DNA of 64,000 bases, taken from assembly GCA_002293725.1 (NCBI GenBank), contig DBDU01000021.1, positions 3,369 to 67,368 of the forward strand, in the 5' to 3' direction. A program made the position numbers and the translations under genes. The notes under the pieces are model-generated. The model had not been told where the DNA came from and did no database searches. It saw only the letters and a list, made by a program, of their open reading frames with translations. Below are positions 59,926 to 64,000 of the stretch, in pieces; positions within the stretch are counted from its first letter, which is position 1, and every line of letters starts with the position of its first letter. The DNA comes from Patescibacteria group bacterium UBA924 (GTDB taxonomy: Bacteria > Patescibacteriota > Microgenomatia > UBA1400 > PJMF01).

Positions 59926-60189
59926 TTGCCAATTATTCTCAAAGCACGTAATGACGATCACACTGGTGATCTGATTAAAAAGTTCAAAAAAATCATTGCG
60001 GCAACCAACATCATTCAAGTTGTTAAAGACCGAAAATACTATCAAAAACCTTCTGAAGTTCGCACCGTTCGGATGAACGAGATCCGTCGATCTCACAAAC
60101 GCAAACGCGCAATTAAGAAGATGAAAAATGCTCCTATTCCACGACCACCACGTCGATTCACTAAGACTCGTACGTTCGGCGCTGAATAA
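59926..60189 (+). CDS. rpsU: 30S ribosomal protein bS21
   Basis: LIKKFKK...DRKYYQKPSEVR; follows HIT; TTG start with GGAGGTG. Confidence 0.85.
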   Translation: MPIILKARNDDHTGDLIKKFKKIIAATNIIQVVKDRKYYQKPSEVRTVRMNEIRRSHKRKRAIKKMKNAPIPRPPRRFTKTRTFGAE

Positions 60190-60209
60190 AGCACTGAAAT
60201 TTGAACATG

Positions 60210-60240
60210 AAAACACCGCCGCCAGGCGGTGTTTTTTATT
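60210..60240. terminator. Intrinsic terminator after rpsU
   Basis: AAAACACCGCC-GCCA-GGCGGTGTTTTTT. Confidence 0.85.
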
Positions 60241-60332
60241 GAAGCAGCACACAGATAACACAGCGCCCTCGGTTTGAAGCGAGGGCGTGGTTGCCTTGGA
60301 GTTGGGGAGTCTCCTTAGCAGATACGGCACTT

Positions 60333-60788
60333 TTACGGATGACCATGTGACTTTTTGCTTTTTTTGCGACGGCGGCTTTTCGACCATTGAAACTTCACGC
60401 CGCGCCACGCGATGAAAACTTGGTAAACTCCCAAAGCGGCAAGCGCCATGGAAGTGACCTGTGGGAAGTCGAAGCGGGTGAGGGTGATGTACCACGTCAT
60501 TCCGACCATCACGGTGACGAACAGCGCAACGATGAATGTCAGCAGGAAGCCTGCGTTCATTCGTTTCCGCAGTCCGTTGATGGCGATGGCGACGAGGAGG
60601 GCGATTCCTACGACCACTGGCAGCGGCGCGGGAAAGACCGCGTACTGTCCACGGGTGTAGGCACCCGACATCACGCCAAAAATGACTTCAAGAGCAGTAG
60701 TCGCCAGCAGCGCAACCAAGAAGGCGCGCCAACCGAGACCTTTGACGAAACTCCAGGCCTTGCGGCCCCAACGACGAAGCTTACGCAT
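60333..60788 (-). CDS. Orphan 4-TM membrane protein with basic termini
   Basis: 151 aa, four hydrophobic segments, GGGAG upstream of ATG, own promoter. Confidence 0.75.
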   Translation of the reverse strand: MRKLRRWGRKAWSFVKGLGWRAFLVALLATTALEVIFGVMSGAYTRGQYAVFPAPLPVVVGIALLVAIAINGLRKRMNAGFLLTFIVALFVTVMVGMTWYITLTRFDFPQVTSMALAALGVYQVFIAWRGVKFQWSKSRRRKKSKKSHGHP

Positions 60789-60838
60789 GTGAATCTCCCA
60801 ATCTGAGATAAAGACGAAGTCCCCAAATGTGTGCCGAT

Positions 60839-60936
60839 GTTAATCTGCGATGCTAGTGGTGGTTTCCGCGATGGAATACCACATCACATCTCATCAAACA
60901 TAGCTTAATTATATCAATAAAAGGGCTAAAAGTCAA
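60839..60936 (-). promoter_or_regulatory. Promoter, leader hairpin and boxA-like GCAGATTAAC
   Basis: TTGACT-17-TATAAT (60936-60908); GTGATGTGGT-A-TTCC-ATCGC-GGAA-ACCA...CATCGC; GCAGATTAAC. Confidence 0.6.
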
Positions 60937-61031
60937 TGTTATAGGACGTTATTTTAGCCTGGTAGCGGCCATAAAATGAGGTCGTGAGAACAAAGGTAAG
61001 ACTGCGTGAAAATAGACCTGGAAGATAGCAG

Positions 61032-61580
61032 CTATTCGGCTTTTTTAGAGTTACCTTTAACCGATGCTCGGATAGAAAACTCTCGTGTCTCTCCGGTACT
61101 AGTGTCAAAGGTTTTCGCTCCAGTGAACTGGTAGAGGTTGAGCAAGTGAGTATTTAAAGCCTCTTCAATCTCTTTTTTGCGCTCATTGATCTCAGCAATG
61201 TTTGCTTTGAGTTGGTTGACTTCGGGACTGGCTTGAAGCTGTGACTTTCGCTCTTTAACCTTTTGGGTAACTGCTGCAGCCTGATCTTCAGCCACACTTA
61301 ACGTCTCATCGTTATCCATGATGTTCTTCAAACTCTCACGATAAGAGCGCATCTGCTCTTTAAGACGATCAAGTTCTGAGACGTTTCGCTCGATGACGTT
61401 TTGGAGTGACTGCAGTGTCTCAGCGACTTTCTGTTGGGTGGCAGGGTCGGCGGGCAGTGCTTTGGTATCACCAGCTGCCAAAGCTGGTTGGTCATCACCC
61501 GCAGGCAGATCTTTTTGAGAGGACTCTTCTAAAGCCTTCGTTGCTAAGTCGTCACCAGTTAAAACGTTTTGGTCAGTCAT
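61032..61580 (-). CDS. Coiled-coil hypothetical protein
   Basis: 182 aa with a heptad-rich core and a short C-terminal beta region. Confidence 0.75.
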   Translation of the reverse strand: MTDQNVLTGDDLATKALEESSQKDLPAGDDQPALAAGDTKALPADPATQQKVAETLQSLQNVIERNVSELDRLKEQMRSYRESLKNIMDNDETLSVAEDQAAAVTQKVKERKSQLQASPEVNQLKANIAEINERKKEIEEALNTHLLNLYQFTGAKTFDTSTGETREFSIRASVKGNSKKAE

Positions 61581-61699
61581 AGGCTTCCTAGCCTAGCGTA
61601 TTTCATTCTAAAACTCAAACGAATCTTTTTTGCAATATGCCACAGATCTGCATGTACCTCTTGAAGATCTTACAAAGATCAAGGATAATCCTTTCCACT

Positions 61700-62779
61700 A
61701 TGCACGACATCGACATGCACTTTTTCAAACCTAGCGTACGAGCCGACGGCAAAGAGCGTCGTACCAAAATTGTAAATACGATTGGTCCTACTTCGGAATC
61801 AGAGGAGATCATTAAAGCTTTAATTGAAGCTGGAATGGACTTTGCTCGCTTCAACACAAAACACAATGAACCTTCTTGGCACTTAGAGCGCATTCAACGC
61901 GTCCGTAAAGTAGCCAGCGACATGGGAAAACAAATTCCTATCTTGCTTGACCTTCAAGGTCCCGAAGTTCGGATCACTGTCTTAAACGGTAGTGAGTTTC
62001 CAGTCAAAAAAGGTGAGGAGATTGTCTTCACTTCACTTAGCCAACATGACAGCCCTAAAGCAGTGTTCGTTCCACCAGAAGTCATTAGTGGACTCCATGC
62101 CGGAGACATTATCTCAATTGCTGATGGCACATGCGTGATGAAAGTCACCAATCGCCAAGAAACTGAGCTTCATGCCGAGGCAATGGAAGACTATGTCATT
62201 AAGACCCGCAAGACGTTGAACACTCCAGGTGTAGTCTTAGATATGCCTTCTTTATTAGACAAAGACATTGCTTTCTTAGAAGCCATGAAAGATCACACTC
62301 CAGAAATTGTCGGTCTTTCATTTGTCCGTGACATGCGAGACATTGCTCAACTGCGACAAGCACTGGCTGCTCGTAATATGAACTCGGCAATCTGTGCCAA
62401 GATTGAGAACAAAAAGGCCATTGAGAACATGGATGAGATTATCCAAGGTAGTGACTTAATCATGGTTGCTCGCGGTGACTTAGGAGTTGAACTGCCATTC
62501 TATGAAGTTCCTCACTGGCAAAAAGTTTTGATCAAAAAATGTAAAGCCGTTGGTAAACCAGTGATTACTGCTACTCAGATGTTGCTCTCAATGACTAACT
62601 CAGTCTTACCAACTCGCGCCGAAGTCAGCGACGTAGCCAACGCAGTTTACGATGGCAGCACTGCGGTGATGACCTCTGAAGAGACTGCACAGGGTAACTA
62701 CCCAGTCAAAACTGTTCAGACACAAGAAATGATCGTCAGTTATCATGAACAGTTTGCATACGGCTCTTCAGCCGAGTAA
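61700..62779 (+). CDS. pyk: Pyruvate kinase lacking C-terminal domain
   Basis: [49 protein letters not shown]. Confidence 0.93.
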   Translation: MHDIDMHFFKPSVRADGKERRTKIVNTIGPTSESEEIIKALIEAGMDFARFNTKHNEPSWHLERIQRVRKVASDMGKQIPILLDLQGPEVRITVLNGSEFPVKKGEEIVFTSLSQHDSPKAVFVPPEVISGLHAGDIISIADGTCVMKVTNRQETELHAEAMEDYVIKTRKTLNTPGVVLDMPSLLDKDIAFLEAMKDHTPEIVGLSFVRDMRDIAQLRQALAARNMNSAICAKIENKKAIENMDEIIQGSDLIMVARGDLGVELPFYEVPHWQKVLIKKCKAVGKPVITATQMLLSMTNSVLPTRAEVSDVANAVYDGSTAVMTSEETAQGNYPVKTVQTQEMIVSYHEQFAYGSSAE

Positions 62780-62820
62780 ACTGAGTACGTACAGTTTTTT
62801 TATTTTTTGACGGAGGCCCA

Positions 62821-63180
62821 ATGTCAAAACAAAAATCAGGACTCGGAGCATTCGCTCTGGTTGCAGGACTCGCCGCAGGCGCAGCTGCTATGTTCTTTTC
62901 CGATAAGAAGAATCGTGAGAGTACCAAAAAGGTAATCTCTACTGCTGGGAAAGAGCTCAAAAAAGTTAAAGCTGAGATCAAGCGTAATCCCAAAGCATTT
63001 GCTAAAAAAGTAGAGAAGCAAGGCACGGCTTTGGCAAATAAAGTTGTCAAAGAAGCGAGTAAAGCATCCACCAAGAAAAAAGTCGCTCAAGCTGCTTCTA
63101 AAGCACGAACTGCCGTCAAAACGGTCCGCAAAGTCGCTAAGACAACCGCTAAGCGAACAACTAAAAAAGCTTCCAGATAA
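62821..63180 (+). CDS. YtxH-like anchor with Lys/Ala-rich basic tail
   Basis: GLAAGAAAMFFS.KKNR followed by K/A/T low-complexity sequence; GGAGG upstream. Confidence 0.75.
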   Translation: MSKQKSGLGAFALVAGLAAGAAAMFFSDKKNRESTKKVISTAGKELKKVKAEIKRNPKAFAKKVEKQGTALANKVVKEASKASTKKKVAQAASKARTAVKTVRKVAKTTAKRTTKKASR

Positions 63181-63233
63181 ATCAGCTTTTGCCGCTATAA
63201 TATGATTGGTACACTTTGTACCAGTGTGTTTGT

Positions 63234-63306
63234 GCGTCCATAGCTCAGCGGATAGAGCGGCTGCCTTCTAAGCAGTAGGTCGCAGGTTCGAGTCCTGCTG
63301 GACGCA
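63234..63306 (+). tRNA. tRNA-Arg(TCT)
   Basis: GCGTCCA...CTGC-CTTCTAA-GCAG...GGTTCGAGTCC...TGGACGC-A. Confidence 0.95.
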
Positions 63307-63322
63307 CCTTATTTTTGCCTGT

Positions 63323-64000
63323 TTAGTTAACGTATCCATTCAGCTTCTTTTTAATATTTGGATGACGTAGCTCCCGTAGGGCTGCCTGTTCGAGCTGGCG
63401 AATTCGCTCTCGAGTTAACCCAAACTCCGTTGCCACTTCTTCCAACGTATGAGGCTCTCCACCATGGAGTCCAAATCTAAGTTCAATAATACGACGTTGT
63501 CGAGGAGTTAAAAACTTGAGTGCCATGTCAATGTCAACCTGCAGCAAAGTCTGAAAAGCGAGGTACTCCGGGGAGCCTTCAGTTTTGTCTTCAATGGTAT
63601 CAAGAAGTGAACGCTCGTCATCACCGCCACTGTCGCTATCACTTTCATCCAAACTGTACTCTTGTTGAGCTGCTTGGAGTAACTCAACCAGCTTATCCTT
63701 TGGCATTTCTAACTCAGCAGCAGCAAACTCCAAGTCTGGCTGCTCACCATACTGTTGATAGTAGTCGCGGAAGAAACGATAAATTCTAGTTAAGCGTTCT
63801 TCTTGGTGAAGTGGAATCCGAATAATTCTGACTTTTTGATTCACAGCTCTGGTAATAGCTTGCCTGATCCACCAGGTAGCATAGGTGGAAAAACGATTAC
63901 CTCGTCGCCAGTCATACTTCATCACCCCCCGCATCAGACCCAAGTTGCCTTCCTGAATTAAATCGAGGAAGGGGAGCCCACGGTTGAGGTATCGTTTGGC
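63323..64000 (-). CDS. RpoD/SigA-type sigma70 factor (5' part outside window)
   Basis: Frame is open from 64000: [22 protein letters not shown]...[13 protein letters not shown]...TLEEV...TRERIRQLE. Confidence 0.93.
   Translation of the reverse strand, partial: AKRYLNRGLPFLDLIQEGNLGLMRGVMKYDWRRGNRFSTYATWWIRQAITRAVNQKVRIIRIPLHQEERLTRIYRFFRDYYQQYGEQPDLEFAAAELEMPKDKLVELLQAAQQEYSLDESDSDSGGDDERSLLDTIEDKTEGSPEYLAFQTLLQVDIDMALKFLTPRQRRIIELRFGLHGGEPHTLEEVATEFGLTRERIRQLEQAALRELRHPNIKKKLNGYVN

Overview
This is a gene-dense bacterial chromosome segment. Its content points to a Patescibacteria/CPR (Microgenomates-like) genome, an inference from the truncated AtpH, TruB and Pyk, the GT4-GH57-GH15 cluster, a lone pilin and a large surface protein. 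Housekeeping genes include gatCAB, dnaE, pyrG, rplS, truB, mutM, the atpBEFHAGDC operon, greA, lysS, serS, secA, prs, proS, rpsU, pyk, a partial RpoD-type sigma and five tRNAs (Gly-CCC, Asp-GTC, Glu-TTC, Lys-TTT, Arg-TCT). No CRISPR array, transposase or integrase was seen. The most striking signals are at the RNA level. (1) A complete type III hammerhead ribozyme (26590-26641, minus strand) lies in the 3' UTR of an orphan gene. (2) Several stand-alone orphan genes share a leader made of a promoter, a long hairpin and a boxA-like GCA(CC/GA)TTAAC motif, and their 5' and 3' UTRs are complementary. Other notable items are an unannotated 52-aa basic protein with its own terminator, two degenerate sigma70-like genes flanking a 1813-aa surface protein, a decarboxylase-lysS operon inverted next to greA, and about 12 genes with a leaderless promoter layout. 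All calls were made by eye with no database searches.
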